Assembly (NCBI GenBank): GCA_012295275.1 | Contig: CM022676.1 | Location: 930,001 to 994,000 of the forward strand | Direction of reading: 5' to 3' | From: Chrysomallon squamiferum | Taxonomy: Eukaryota; Animalia; Mollusca | Length of the DNA stretch: 64,000 bases | Shown here: positions 1 to 15,500 of the stretch, piece by piece | How positions within the stretch are numbered: position 1 is the stretch's first letter | Layout: every line of letters starts with the position of its first letter | Made by a program: the position numbers and the translations under genes | Notes under the pieces: generated by a model | Told to the model about the DNA's origin: nothing | Databases searched by the model: none | The model's input: only the letters and a program-made list of their open reading frames with translations

Positions 1-3000
1 CTCCAGATGTCATCAGCCATCTGAGAAGGTTTGTTATTACAATTTACAAAATATATCAATTTAATTTTTTCTTTTACAGTCTTGTGAAGAAAAATTTGCC
101 GTTCTTAATGTTGAAAACTATCAAGTGATCTCACTAAATGACAGTAGGGCTTACATTTCATCTGCATATTCTGGCTGTTTTAAATTTAATAAGACAACAA
201 GTGATGCGAAGGGAGAACAGTACTGGAACTGCACTGGTAGTAGAACATTTAGGTCAATGCGAGAACGCTGGTGGTTCATTGCTACTTCCCGATGTTACCC
301 ACAAACGGTATTCCAGACTTATAGCAATCTGCACGCATGCTCTTTTCTTATTGGTGCATTATCTATTTATTATTTTATTTTATTTCATTTAGTTGTATTT
401 CATTTATCTATTGCTCATGCCTTCAGTTTTCATTCTGTTTTAATCTTTCCTTTTTTGCAGCTTTTATAATATAGTTTAGTAATAAATTCTAATATTTGTA
501 CTCATAAATTTATTGTTGATTATCCTACATTATGTTTCAGTTCAACTTGTGTTTAAATATTGCTAAAAGAACACAGATTAATATTTGATAACTATTTGGC
601 TTAGCTTACATTAATATAGTAACATAGCAGATAAGCAAACTATGCTAATTTTGCTAGAACAGAAAATTTAAAACATGAATTTCAAATTTTGATTTAAACT
701 GTTTAATAAGTTAGCTGTAGGGAAACACTATTTTAATGGTTAAAGTTTTTGAAATGTTTATCATTTGTACCCAGCAGATTATGTAACTGTCAATTTTATT
801 TAACTCGCTTATTTTAGTGTAGTGACTTGCCTTTAATATTTGTTTGTGTAGGGCAATAATATCAATCTTATTTTTCTTAAAAGAAGAAATTGCTTATTAT
901 GGTTTAATCTTTAAAGCCATTTAATTTTATAAAATCCATCATGCCTCTTATTAAACTGTTACTGTGTACAATAAATCTTATAATATTTTTTCTACTTGTC
1001 ATTAAAATGATTAATAATGATAATATCACTTTGTCAGTAAATTAAAAATTTAGAATATGTTGATGCATTCAAACAAACTTATACAAGCAAGAATTCTAGG
1101 ATTTCTAAAAATCAGAGAAAAGAAAGAATTGATTAAATAACAAGAATGTATTTGACCCAAAGGCCAATAAAACAATAAAATAAAGATAAATATTTTATGC
1201 AGAATGTTTATACAAATTTTAAATATTTAGTTAATATGAATCATAATATCACATTTTATTTTCAGTTGTATATCAGCATTAACTTTTTCTTGTATTTATT
1301 ATGACATTAATCAAGAAATGTACAATTATTTAAAATATGGATATACAGTTTAATAATGTGTATGTGTGTGTGTCTGAAATAGATTTTAATTTAGAAGATT
1401 AACATTTTATTTTTGCTATGTATTTAATAATGATTAAATAACATCTTTGCTTTTAATTAATATTTTCAAACATCAGTTAATATTTAATATATTACTATTA
1501 CTTTTTAATTTCTTTTTAGTGACAGCACCAATAAGATTTTTTTCCCCATGTCATTGCTGATTTTTTATGGCATTGTTATTAAATATTTTTGTTACTAATA
1601 AATATTTTACTTGTAAATATTTTTATATCAAAATTGTTTCAGAAAGCTCTTTACCACACACATGTGTATGTTTCTTGATAAATATTTTTCATTGGACTTT
1701 TTGTTTATTCTGAACAGTCACTCACACACAGACAAACATAGTAACATTATAAATATGATTGCTTGAAATAAATATTTTATAAATTTAATTAAAATCATTA
1801 TCCATATTTTGATATTGAATATATACTGAACAGCACTGAAAAATGCATCCATGGTATTATTTTCAATATTACATGTTTTAATACAAACATTAGAACATTC
1901 AGTTATATACCACAGACAGTAAAAAAAAATGCACTTTTACGACAATGTACTCCTAGATAAAATCACACAAAATTACATACATACATATTCAAAATATATT
2001 GTCTAATGCACTAAATATTTTTGATATGTATTATTTTTACAAATTAATGCTTTAGTTAAGTAAAATGAATTTATACATTGTTTATTAAATTTAGCCTAAA
2101 GGAATGAAGCTGCAATACTCCATGCACATGACAAATGGCAGAAAGGATGAAATTCTTTATTATGAGTTTTCAGCAGATGAATTTTGTAAGTTCTTAAAGT
2201 GACTCATTTCTTCAAAGTTTAACTAAACAAAACATTGTTATTTGTTTATCATATTCTGTGGACACCTTTGTTTGGTTATTTATTGTTTAATATGTATTTC
2301 TGTCACTGAGATTTATCAGTGAAAAACAAGCATTTCTTTTTTTTTTTTGTCTCTGTCTATGTGTGTGTTTAAAAATAAATTTAAAATAAATTATTATAAA
2401 AATGTTATCTTTAATATAATTTGTTATTTCATTTATTTTTTGTCATTGATATATATATATATATTTATAAAATTAGTTTTGAGAAGTTTAGTTTTATTAT
2501 TACTGAAAGTAAATACATGTTGTTTTAAATAGTCTATTTTTTTATTTATTTTTGCAGACATTTTGCCGACAGACATTACGTTTCTCCTGATACATTTAGT
2601 AATTTTATGTCTGACTGTGGTATGTGCTGGTGAGTTTTCTTCACTTGTAATTTACACCAAAATAAAGTATTAATATTAAATTGAAACATTTCAAATTAAT
2701 GTGTTGTGGAGAAAGCGTTTGTTAATAGAGAAGTAACAGATTCACATTTGAAAATTTCTGTAATCTCCATTATGCTCACTCTAATCCTAAATCTAACTCC
2801 AACCTCAACTCTAATCCCAAGCGACAAAATGCAACAAAAAGAACAACACCAACCCAAGCCTGACATCATCCACTAATTAATTGTAGCCTTTATGAAAAAT
2901 CAAAACACTGATGTTACTGTTGTTTGCAAGTCTAAATGAACTCAGAACAATTCAGTGTATAACAGTATTCATTAATGATCCAAAAGTAATCTTTACAAAT

Positions 3001-6000
3001 GATAAAAATGATTATTAACCATTTTTCCCTTTCACAACTAAATCATGACAGATAGGTTTATTTTTCTCAGTATACTTTATAAGAATAGCAATGAAAATGA
3101 AAAAACTTGGATATATTTTTAACTGTTGTCTTTTGTTCTCATACTTTATCATTAATTAAGACTGGATGTCAAGGAACCAGTTGAATTTAATTTAAAATAT
3201 GGTTTATTGTTTCTACATACAAGCAAAGGTAGGCCATTAACATTAACTAGGACTAGTTACTCAGTAAATTATATGCACATTAAGAACTAGATATTCAAGG
3301 ATATAAACTGAAAATATTTCCTATGCCTACATGGGTTGTGTCAAGTCATTGTATGTTTTTCAGGTGCTCTTCGAGACCGTCAGCTTTTCCACACAACATA
3401 CAAGATGTATTTTGCTGCAGTCAGTTTGTGGACATTCCACATCCTTCTGCTGACTATTGCATATGGAAAGTACTCACACACAGGCCGGTCTCAGAGATCT
3501 ACCAAAGTAACAGGTAGCAACATAATTACAACAATGTTAACTGTTTACAGCATTCACAGTCAAATATCATGTTTGCCAAAATTGTTTAAACTAGATATAA
3601 ACAAATATGTGACTATGGTGATGATTATTACTATTATTAGTGTAATAAAAGTAATACTAATAGTAGTAACAGTAGTAGTGGTAGTAGTTGTAGTAGAGAA
3701 TTAATAATGATAGATCAGATTTTTATTTTTTTATGTTTTTATTTTGTGTTTTTAAATTTCAGCACGAGTTTTCTCATCTGCTTCTGAACTGATATTTCTG
3801 CTGATGTTGATTCTGATGGCAAGTGGGTACACAATAACACGGGGAAAACTGAAATCTCTGGAGACAATCATCTTCACAGTGTTCACCTGCATCTACTCCA
3901 TTGTGTACATTGTCCTCCTCATCTGGGAGGCAGTGGTGTGTTACAATCTTTTTTTTTTTTTTTTAAAATATTTTTATGATACTTTTTAAAAATAGAATTA
4001 CTAGTGACCTCTTTTTAATAATAACAGCCAAACAGCCTACAAAAAACAAAACAAAGCCCACCAATTATTCCTATTTTGTGTTTCTTTGTAACACAAAGAG
4101 GTTCAAGATTAATGCTTTCTTATAAACTTCACATGTTATTTGTTTGTTACCAAAGACTGATTAAAATAAATAATTTTAAACAAAACTCACTCAGTTAGTT
4201 TAAAAGATAAAATTTAAAGATAAATATATTTTTGATTTCAGCTCTTTGACCCAGGTCAGGTGTTGTACATCTATCAGAGTCCTGCTGGTTATGGAATCAT
4301 TGCGCTCCACATATTTGGCTGGCTCTGGTTTGTGACAGCTGTGTTTTTCACACTGAAAAAATTTCCTTCCAAAGGGAAATTCTATGTCCCTTTTACCATA
4401 TTCTACACAATCTGGTGAGTATCCCACAGTTTACTGCCAACAACAATTTGATGAAAATCTGAGAATACTGATATTCTGTATGTACTTTCATGTGAATCTG
4501 ACACTGTATGTGTCAGAGGTCAAAGGTCAACTTCAGTAAATATGTTAAAACAAAGAAGCCATGTTTTAAATAATTTTTGAGCTCTGTAGTTATGTTTATA
4601 AAAATATTAAATTATGCCACTGAATTTTAATTATTATTATTGTTATTAATAAAATTAATGATCTGTAAAATGATAATTTAATCATTACAAGCATGAAAAA
4701 TAAATTTAAGTTCTGAAGAAATAAATACGTATTTGTGAGATAGACGTGCTTTATTCAGACCAATTCAAATCAGAAAAGAAACCAATAATTTTGACAAATG
4801 CGTATATTTGCTTTGTTACTTATTTATTTATTTTGTGTTCTCCTCTTTTACTTTGTCATTTTTTCACTTTTATTTCATTAACTATTTTATTTTAGGTTTT
4901 TTGCAACACCAATTATTATTTTAATTTCCAATCTTGCTCTGCCTCAGTGGATGCGGGAAAAAACAGTGAATGCTGTGGAGTTGTTTATAGGTCTTTCAGG
5001 ACATGTCTTCTTCCTTGTGAGTCTTTCATTAGAGAAAGAGATCATAATAAAAGTTCATAAAATGTTGTGATTTCTATTGAATAAATACTTGGTTTTTGAA
5101 TATGATTATTTTTCAGTGAATAAACACACACATAAAATATTAAATAGAATTGATAATGTTTTGAGTTAAAAGTAGAATTAAATAGAGAATTTTCAAACTA
5201 GCCTAGCCTGACATGTTTTATATTTGTATTTAGGTGTTGACCAGACCAGCTGCTGCTAATACCAATTTTCCTTACCATGTGCGAACCAGCCAGGTAACAT
5301 TAGAACAGTTCAGTTTAGAAAATATAATTTTATTTTTGTAATTAATAGATGAGTTAAACATTTGTTTATCAATATATTTCATGACATAAATCTTTTCTTT
5401 TTCAATACATCTGTTAACTATTTTTCACTAGATTGGATCACTTGATGGTACAGAGGGAGAGAGAGAGGAGACGACAAACATAAATACATATTCTGCAGGC
5501 ACTGGCCCTGATTTCTCTCATCTCTTCCTTGTATCACATACATACACCAGCCAGCCTCAGTCACAAACTAGCAATGGCTACAACAACAACAACACCCATG
5601 TCCCTAAGTCTGCTGAGGTAAGACGTGTTCCCAGCTAATTATGCAAAACAAAAAAAAACAAAAAATTCTTTGTTATTTCATTACAAACAATAGTTCTTAG
5701 GACATCTGTTCCATATTCTTTTAAAGCATAGGCACAATAAGGTAACTATCATGCCATACCAGAAAGGATGATTCAGTGCCACGTTTATTGAATATGAAAT
5801 GATAAATTTAAATAAATAAATAAATAAATCATTATTGAGTTTGGATTACAATTTAAAATAATTGTCAGAAATATGTGGTTTCTTCTATTTTCTTTTTTTT
5901 TTTTTTCTTTTAACATTCTTAAATCTGAAACTGAGATAAACATTATGGATATTTAAATACTTTTGATGATGGGACAAATTTTGTGATGAAAGAGTTCAGT

Positions 6001-6271
6001 ATAGAAACTGTATAGTAGAATAATTATATATAGCCAAATGTGATATTTTTTTTATTTGTTCATTTTTCTAATGCAGACTGTAATTTCTAATGGAGTTCTT
6101 CCACCGTTAAATGGAGTAACCAGACCTGCTTTTCTTCCTGAACAAGAAATACAACTTCCTCCCAGACTTCCTCCACTAAATCCAACAGCACCACCTATCA
6201 ATGAACCTGTAGTCATGCCACCAAGTTATGATACATTATTTCAAGCCTCAGGCACAGTGAAAAATGGCTGA
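1..6271 (+). CDS. TMEM145: Transmembrane protein 145 (GPR180/TMEM145 family), copy A; 5' end lies outside the window
   Basis: In-frame GT-AG exons at approx. <1-28, 80-307, 2095-2185, 2558-2629, 3364-3513, 3763-3935, 4242-4414, 4896-5016, 5234-5293, 5432-5617, 6077-6271. Family-like motifs: RTFRSMRERWWFIATSRC, HMTNG..EFSADEF.ILPTD, RQLFHTTYKMY, LILMASGYTITRGKL, FDPGQVLYIYQSPAGYG, PQWMREKTVN, LTRPAAANTNFPYHVRTSQI. Confidence 0.9.
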
Positions 6272-7522
6272 TGTATTTTCCTCTCCTATAAAAAGAAAGA
6301 TAAAAAATATATTAAAAAACAAACTAATGCTGCTTGGAATTAGAAGACTAACAAAAAAGTTGGTTGTGTTAAAACCTCTGTGATAATTTGTTTAATGACT
6401 CGACTAATTTCTATTCTAGAAATGTGACTAATAAACAATGTGTGTAAATATTTTAATTTTTTAAATTTTATATTTATAGATTGAACAAATGTATGAAAAC
6501 ATTGCTTTTTCAAAAGTGAAAAGAAAGTAATTTGACATTCTTAAATGTAAATGAAATGAAATGAAAAGTGAAGAAAGAGGAAATGTAAATTGTCGAGATT
6601 TGGAAGTGAAGCATGAAAAAATTATAAAATGTGTAAAAAAACAAACAAAAATAACCTGTGCAGTTAATTTAATTTGAATGTGTGGACTCACTTTTTATTT
6701 GCATTCTCTAATGTAATATTTTTGAAGTAATCAGTAACAAATCAGAACAAACTCACAAATAAAATAATAAATACTTTATTCTGTGCACATAGAAACTGTC
6801 TTTATACATGAATCAGCAATAGAAACTGAATGACATAATATAAACTAAATGAATAATATAATGATTTTTTTAAAATTAATTTAAGTAAGTTGCAGTTAAG
6901 CTGAACTGATTGGGAAAGCAAATAAATTTTGTTAAAGTGCCTTTATTAAAGTAATCAAATATAAACTGCTGTGTTTATACATACATTATATTGTACATAG
7001 ATGTGCTAATAAGTATTATTAAACCGTAGAATGAATATTTATGATAATTTTCATAAGTAAGTTTTAGTAAGTTTGCTTATACCTGTATACACTGACAAAG
7101 CTATTCAGTGATTGACAGTACAACCCATAATTGTTTTCTTTTAAATTTTAGATAAATATGTCACTATGATCCTTTTTAACCAGCTATCATTATTATTATT
7201 ATTGTTATTATTATTATTAGTAGTAGTAGTAGTAGTATTACTGAACAGACTTGGTAATTTTCTTCTTTTTTATTTGTTATAACTGTATATGTTGTGTATA
7301 ACTATATATTTTAGTGAACTTAGAATGCTAATAACAAATCATGAGTCTAAGTTGACAGACTAACAAAGAACTAATGATATTCATATGTAGTTAATCCAGC
7401 CTTATTGAGAGTGACTCATAGACTGTGTATGTCTATTGTCAATCTGAACAGAGGAATATAAGAAAATGAGATCAGCACAATTAAAATGTGGCTGTTAACT
7501 GCTAAAGAAATAATAATAATAA

Positions 7523-7523
<1 letters not shown>

Positions 7524-7553
<30 letters not shown>

Positions 7554-7561
7554 AAGAAGAA
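7524..7561. repeat. (AAG)n microsatellite
   Basis: Direct run of aagaagaag... following an (AAT)n run. Confidence 0.9.
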
Positions 7562-9863
7562 ATTACACATCATCATGGTTAAATATTTCTGCTATTTAGA
7601 TTTAGATAGTTATTTTTAACTCTAGTTAACTGTCAGTGGTGTTTTGGTGACCAGTCTAAGAGCTGTTTAACAAATTACTTTGCATGTGAACTCTTCAATT
7701 TTTTAATAAGCAGTTGCTATTAGAACTGCAAACCTGATTCCAAGAGATTCAGTATTTAAAAAATGTTTAGATAGTTATTTATTCATTTTATTATCTAAAA
7801 TGAAATACATTCAGACAGAAATTAAATGTAAATGGTTTATTTGTATTTTTACAAATCTGATATATATTTTTTTATCTTCATAGTTTTTTGTCTCCTGTCT
7901 ATTTCCTCACAAAGTCTATTTTTTTTACTTGTACATATATAAATAAATACAGTTGCATGTTTATAAATAAAACAATTTATATGCATATTTCTGGTTCTTG
8001 GTTCTTTTATTTATCTAATTATTATTATATCCTTTTTCATACCTTTTATTAATTTTCTTTTAAATTTTTCTTATCTTTATAATTTTGTAGATTCTGTTAA
8101 ACTGCTTATTAAATAATGCTAGTAGCAGATGAAATGTGTTATTTTCAAAAAATTTCTCTCGCTTAAAGGTTGATATTTATTGCTTTGAAACTTTCAAATG
8201 TTCATTCCTCATTAATTGTAATCTCTACCTTTGTCCTGTGTGTAGCAGTTTTTTAATAATTTTTAATTAACATAGTAAAATTATTACAATGAAAGAATGA
8301 CTCAGGAAAATATTTTAATGTGTTTTGGAAGAAGAAAAAAATAGTTTAAAAAGTTATTATTAATAAATTATACAGTTCTTAGAAAGTTAGCATTTTTATA
8401 TAATGTTTTTGAAAAAAACATAAAGAAAGAAAAATTAGAATGAAAAATTGTTTTTATCCTGATTAAGTGTAAATTATATAACATCTAATTACAGTTTGAT
8501 GCAAGTAGATAAGGAAAACACAGGCCTGCAGGGTTAAGCCAGCACTTGGCCATCCTTTTTCATGTTTCTCCAAGTTTCAAACACTGTAAATAACTTTACA
8601 GTTAACAGATTTATCAAAATTTTTCAGATGACATGACTGTACTCTCAATATCACATTTGTCAGAGCAGAATTCACCATGATATTCAGCCTCCTCCTCCTT
8701 ACTACTACACCGTCTGCTGGTGTGACGGAAGAATCTTTGTGTCACTTGTATCTCTGACTGATTAATTATCACCTCGGAAGTGGTGGGTGTTACGGGTTCT
8801 TGTTTCACAGAATGATCTGGCAACAGACGTCTAGCAGCAAGGTTCATAACACTTTGCCAAATAATGCTAGTCCTTTTTCTTTCTTATAAAAGCCTTGAGA
8901 TTTTTTTTGTTAGGGGCAGAACTGTGAAATGATTATCATGGAAAGGCTGCTGTCCCCTGAATGCACTTGGTAACTAGTTATTTATATATTATATTTGCTA
9001 TTTTCATTGTATTAACCTGTAATGTAATTGATGTGACAGATTACAATATTTCTATTCCTCTATATTAGTCTGTATATATTGAATGTTCAATGCTAGTGCA
9101 AATACAGACTTGTGTTTGTTGTGTTCTAGTGCACAAACATGTGATACAGTATTTACATATTACATAGATCTCTTAACAGATACCCTAGAGCAAGCCAACT
9201 CTGGTAGTAACATGCTTGATACATATTTACAATTTAGGAGAATCCCAGTGATTCTGGTTTTCTCCTGATCTCTTCTTCAGGCGAACTCAATATCAAAGAA
9301 GTAGCCAGTCTTTGTAGTTTCATGGCTGCTTCAGCCATTACTAAAATGTCATAGTGTCAATAGATAAAAATAACAGAAATTTCAGTGAAAATGTGGTGCA
9401 AAATATTTAAAAATGATGACTGTTTACAAGTTGTTCAAAAAGTACTGTTTATTTTAATAACAACATAGAATAATATGAATTGTTTAAAAATCTTTATTAC
9501 AAAATGAGAAAACTTTTGCACTCATTACAAAATTAAAGAGACACTACAAAGATAATTTGATGAAATGAAAAATTAATGCATTTTATTAATTTTTAATTTA
9601 CTTTCTAACAAGTTTGATCAAGATCAAAATTCAGTTACAATTTCTTAAATACTCCACATACAAAACATAAACACACACATAAAAAACATTTATTGATATC
9701 AGTGTTAAGTGTGTGATACTACACTCTGAACAGAATGGGTGTGACCAAGAACAGATATTGTTTATGAAAATAATTCAGCTGTTATGAAAATCATTAAATT
9801 CACTAATACACATCCATAATCAATATTTTCAACATTAATCCTTTCATTTGTTCCACCTAAGTT

Positions 9864-12512
9864 TCAACTCTGAGCTAACCGATTTTGTACCTGAAACATG
9901 GCCTCATAGCGTGGAATGTTGGAACGACGGTGGTGTTCTCGGTATGGATATGAACTGTGCATGTTGTTCTGGGATAACAAACAGTCTCCACTTTGATTTC
10001 CTCCAAGCATAGGCTATAAAAATATAAAATTCTTTACTTTTTTTTCTTTTTTTTTTGAAACCCAGTATAAGAACCCCAAATAATTTAAAATAAATAAGTA
10101 AAAAATGAAACATTTATACATCATTAAAACACAAGACATACAATGTTGTGTATGTGTATATGCATCTGTGAATATTGGTATGAATATGGTTGGTTGTGTG
10201 TGTGTGTGTGTGTATGTGTGTTTACTGTTATGAATATTGATATGTAATGGTTTTGTGTGTCTGTGTGTTTTGTGCGTTCTTTTGTAGTGTGCTTTTCATT
10301 TATTTGTATTTAGGAGTCATGTATGTTTTTATTTATTTTTATTTTTTTATATAATAATATTGTTTTGGGCAATAAAACTAAAACATATTTTAAACCAGAA
10401 ACATTTGACTGTGTACTTGTTGCTCAGTGAGTGGCTCAGTGTTTAAAGTCTTCAAGAAAAACTGAGACATTAATAATAGGGTCTAAATATTTCATTTCTT
10501 ATTTTTGCATTTTTCTCATTTTCTGTTTTTCAGTCTGCATGCAACACTACAATCAAAATGTCTCAGGAACTATCTAGTCTTTCCAGTGAAACTCAGCACA
10601 TTTGTATTAGTGTCAGGTTGACGTTACAATAGAGAGATTTAGGAGATTTCTATTTTTTTTTATAGTTTTCACTTTATAAAGGTTGATTGCTTAAAAGGGC
10701 ACACAATTAAAAGGATTTAAAAAAAGAAAAAAAGAAGTAAAAACATTTAATGATCACGAGCAAAAAATATCTCTGTATTGTTATACAAAATACATTCTGC
10801 AAAAACCTTCCTCTGTAATGTATTTGGTAGGTAAAAAATCATTTCTTGAAAACCTAATATTCCGCCACGCAATAAACAGGTTGAAAATCAAAAGCAGCTT
10901 GGCATAACCTCACAGCAGTTAGGAATTCAAACCTAACTTTATTTTTATTATATATATATATATATATATCTATTTTAGAAGACTATTTAACATTAATAAT
11001 TTTTACTGTTTCATATCTTGCTTGAGGAGAGTCGGGGATGACCTGAGGTTCCTGTCTCTTTGTGTAGGTCTGTGAGACAACAAACAGAGCTGAGAAGTCA
11101 GGACCTTGTCCCACAGCATACTCATTTATGCTGCTTACTTCTGTCCCATCCATAAAGCCAATCTGTGATACATCATGTTAAAACAAAATAACTATTTTAA
11201 CATGGAGACTGAATAATATTTTGTTGCCATATTATTCATAAATTATAGATATTTTAATATTTTTATTTACTGCAAATAATAAAGATATTAATTATCTCTA
11301 AATTAATGTGAAATTTCAACAAAATATAAAAATGTATTCAATTTGGTCCAATTCAATAAAAACAAACACCAAAAAGTGTCCTTAATAAGAATTTTAAATG
11401 TCATTAAATGTCATTTATAAAACTGTCACCTGGGATGTCCTGATGTGATATGGGAAATTTTTATTGGCAGCTGATGGACTTGTCAACACCTGCAATAGTA
11501 ATTATTATTATCATTATCATTATCATTTTTAATATTAAATATGCATTCCAAATTTTAAAGGTTTTTTGTTTGGTTATTGTTGTTTTTTTTGTTTGTATTT
11601 TGTTTTTTCATAATGTTTTATTTATTTTTTTTGATTTTTTTTTTTTTTTTTTTTGAGTTATATAAAATATAAAATATAAAATGAATAATAAAATAATTCA
11701 CAAGAAAGAAGAGATGTCCAATTAAACCAATAAACAGTTCAATTCCATTCACAGTTTTTTCTCTCATCCACAGAGGCAACGCCAGGTTTGAGATGAGAAT
11801 CATCAAAGGAGTAAGAAAAAACCTGCAAACACAAAATCACATTAGAGGACACACTCCACCAATACAGTTTGCAACCAATGTTTTTTATTCTTCAATTCCA
11901 CTAAATTATGTTAATTCACCTTATCTGAAATCATGAATCTGTTTCTACATCTGTGGATGTAGGACTGGATATGAGCTTTTTATATCTCATTTAATACTGC
12001 TGATATGTACCTTTTGTAATACAAAGAAATAGTTGTCCAAGTAATTATTTATTTGTTTTCTGCTTCCAGCCTAACTTAATAAAGTTGTATAACCACAAAA
12101 GAGAACATTGAAAAATGTCTGGCTGAAAACATTTTTCTGCAGTTGTAGCATCATGGGGCATATTAATAACATAATCAAATTAATAAACATCTTATGTATT
12201 AACACGTAACATGATATGTTGATCAGCAAGTGGATGTTATATTTACAGTTTTGATGCAAGATGAATAACAGAGAACACACTCACCAAACAGTGTAAAATA
12301 AGTAGAATGGAATGTAGAATTTGCGTTTTGACTCGAAGTGTAGGTAGGTATCAAATGAAAAGTAGGAGAATAAAAACCACGCAATAATTCTCAGACCAAC
12401 AAGACAATAGCCAGCATCACTTTCATAGATGTACAGAACCAAGCCTTCATCAAACATCTGCAACAACCATGTTTACTTTTCCTCAGTTTCTATGTCATTC
12501 ACCGACATATTG

Positions 12513-12550
<38 letters not shown>

Positions 12551-15500
12551 AATAATAAAAATAATAATAAATAATTTTGAATAACATTTTTACTCAGGAT
12601 TACAAAATTTTGTAACCAGATAATTGTACAGATCAAGTTAAAAAATATATCATCAACACCTGTTGAGGAAATTTAAAATAAATAAATATAATTTTAAACC
12701 TACTGTCTCTTCCCAAATAAGTAGAACAGAGTATGCAACAATGTAAACACATGTGAAAACTGTAAAGATAATATTTTCACATGATTTCAGTTTTCCTCGT
12801 GTTATGGAGAAACCACTTGCCATAAGCAGAATAAGTAGCAGGAAAATAATGTCACTGGCAGATGAAACAATACGAGCTGAAAAAACAAACAAAACAACTT
12901 GAAAGTGCCCATTCTTAAACTGTAATGGAAACTGATTTCTTTCAGACAAACTCAATAATAACTTTTTATATATCCATCTAGCAAAAATGTGTAACATGCA
13001 GTACTAGATATTAGTTATCCATATTCAACACTGACACAAAAACAAAAAACAAAATATCACATGAAAAAAGATTTACTAAATAAAAAGATATATAATTTTA
13101 GATGATTTATTTTCTGCCAATCAAAGAAAAAAAAATCTTCTAAATTGATCTATGTTTGACCAACATTTAGCAGAGAATAAAATGTGATATTATTGATACC
13201 TGTCACTTTTGTACCTCGTATTGATCTCCCAGTATTTGAATATTTCCCATATGCAATGGTCAGGAGAAAAAGGTGGAAAGTCCAAAGAGCAACAGCAACA
13301 ATATACATCTTAAACGTTGTATGCAGCAGTTGGCGTTTATTAAGCATGACTAAAAGTATAACAGTATATATATAGTATCTTAAAATAAATTATTTCTCAA
13401 GAGAGAAAAATTCAGAAGATGATGTTAGTATAATTTCAATCAAGAACTTAGCATTTATAACGTATGTAAATATTTATGATAGGAATGAAACTTCTTTCAG
13501 GATCCATTGAGCAACTTTGGAGTGTGCTAAATGGATTTGAAAAATTACAGTTCTCAGTTAACTTTGACATGGTTTATATTGTTCGACTTATTTAGGAAGA
13601 GACAGTAACTTTAAAGTTTTAGTTTTGTTGTTTTTATTTCTAACTGATGATACATTTTCTTCAGCTTGACTTGTACACTTATCAGGTAACAATTATCTCA
13701 GTTTCAATACAGGCTGTTAAATCTAAACTCTGTGCTGCACATGGTGTGTTGTATCACCAACATAAAACTTTCAGTGGTGTGAATTAGCACCACATCAGCT
13801 GAGACTAGTTGACTAGCACTGGTCACTGACTGGCTGATACTAATCATTACACTAGAAACCATACTATGCTTATGGACATTTGAAAATTATGACTTTCAAA
13901 CAAATTCAAAAGCTATTTTTTAAAATTAATTTCATTTGTTTCAAGTTCTGGAGGACCCCATTACTCTCCTGTTTGTGGGTTGGTGCATACAAAAGTTTTG
14001 TTGAATTGGTAGAAGCAGATTTCCTGTCATTTTCTTGTCATTACCAATGCCATATAATTATTCTTTAAATAGAACATTTACTTCCTTCCTTGCAGTGAAT
14101 GAAAATGTGTAACTAACCTGAAAATGCTACAGTGCATCCTAAAATTATCAAATGTATGAGGAAGAATGTGATGTCAGTAGGCAGAATATCTGTAATTAAA
14201 ATTAAATTTTAATTAATCTTGTTTATTTATATAAAAATTATTAATGTACATCAACACATTTAGATTAAGTTACTAACATTGGCTATTTCAGCCAGACCTT
14301 TCAAAATTCTCATACAGCATACTTTTCAAATAGGATCATCTTGAAATGATGTCATCAGATTAAATCATAAAATAAAAATGTTCTTACAAAATTCATCTGC
14401 AGAGAATTCATAATATAGTTTTTCATCAGGTTCACCATTAGTCAGGTGGATAGAGTACTTGAGTTTTAAACCATGCTATAAAATGAATAATACATTTTAT
14501 ATACTTCTCTGAATTTATTATAAAAATTGTTATAAGATATGATTAGCAAAAGCATTTTTAAATATTTTAATAAATATTTTTCAGCTGCAAGTAAAAATTT
14601 GTTTGTAATACACTTTCCAAATCAGTCTATTTTTGATGTTTTAAACTTGTGTTAAAAACTAAACAGCTAAAAATAAAAAACAAATAGCATACTGATGCTT
14701 GTAGACATCTTGACACAGCTATGAACCACCAGGTTTCACGCTGTGTACGAAATGTTCGTCGTCCAGAACAGTTCCAGTATAAATTTGATTTTCCATCGTG
14801 ACTTGGCATAAAAACTTTGTAACATTTTGACTGTGGAGACAGGTACATTGAACTATTGTCAAGATAAATAATCTGATTTTGTAACACATCAAGCACAGCT
14901 AATTTTTCAATACAGCTCTGAAACAGAACAATTATTATTATTATTATTATTAACTTTTTCTATTTTTTAAATTTTATTACAGATAAATAATAAACTAAAA
15001 ACCTCAGTGACAATGGGGACTAATTAAAATTGCTACGTGAATAGTTTTTACATTCTTCCAGAAGGTGAATAAAATTATCCATTAATATGATATATATTTA
15101 AATTTCTAGAAGAGGTTTACTTTTTTCAATAGTGCAGTATCAAAATCCATAGTAATATGTGGGATGGACAATATAATCCACACACTTTAAATAAAACAAG
15201 AAATGTGTTACCTTATCTGAAGGATAAATTTTATGCCAAACTTTATCATTGTAAAACAACATATCAAGTGTGTCATGGGTCTGGAAAAAAATTTTAAAAA
15301 TCCTGAAAGTTTATTTTTTATCTAGCAATAATTTGAGCAAAGAGAATTAATTTACTTTTAAATTATTAAAAACAACACTTGTTTTACAAAACTGGTATCA
15401 GACATGCTCTTACACCATTGTTATTAATTATCAGCAACTAATCATTTATATACAAATTTTATAATCAAGACAAACACTTTCTTTGATAAATCATCTGTTG

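Noticed and set aside
10420-10452. TGGCTCAGTG resembling a tRNA/SINE A-box
   Set aside because: No B-box or cloverleaf follows.
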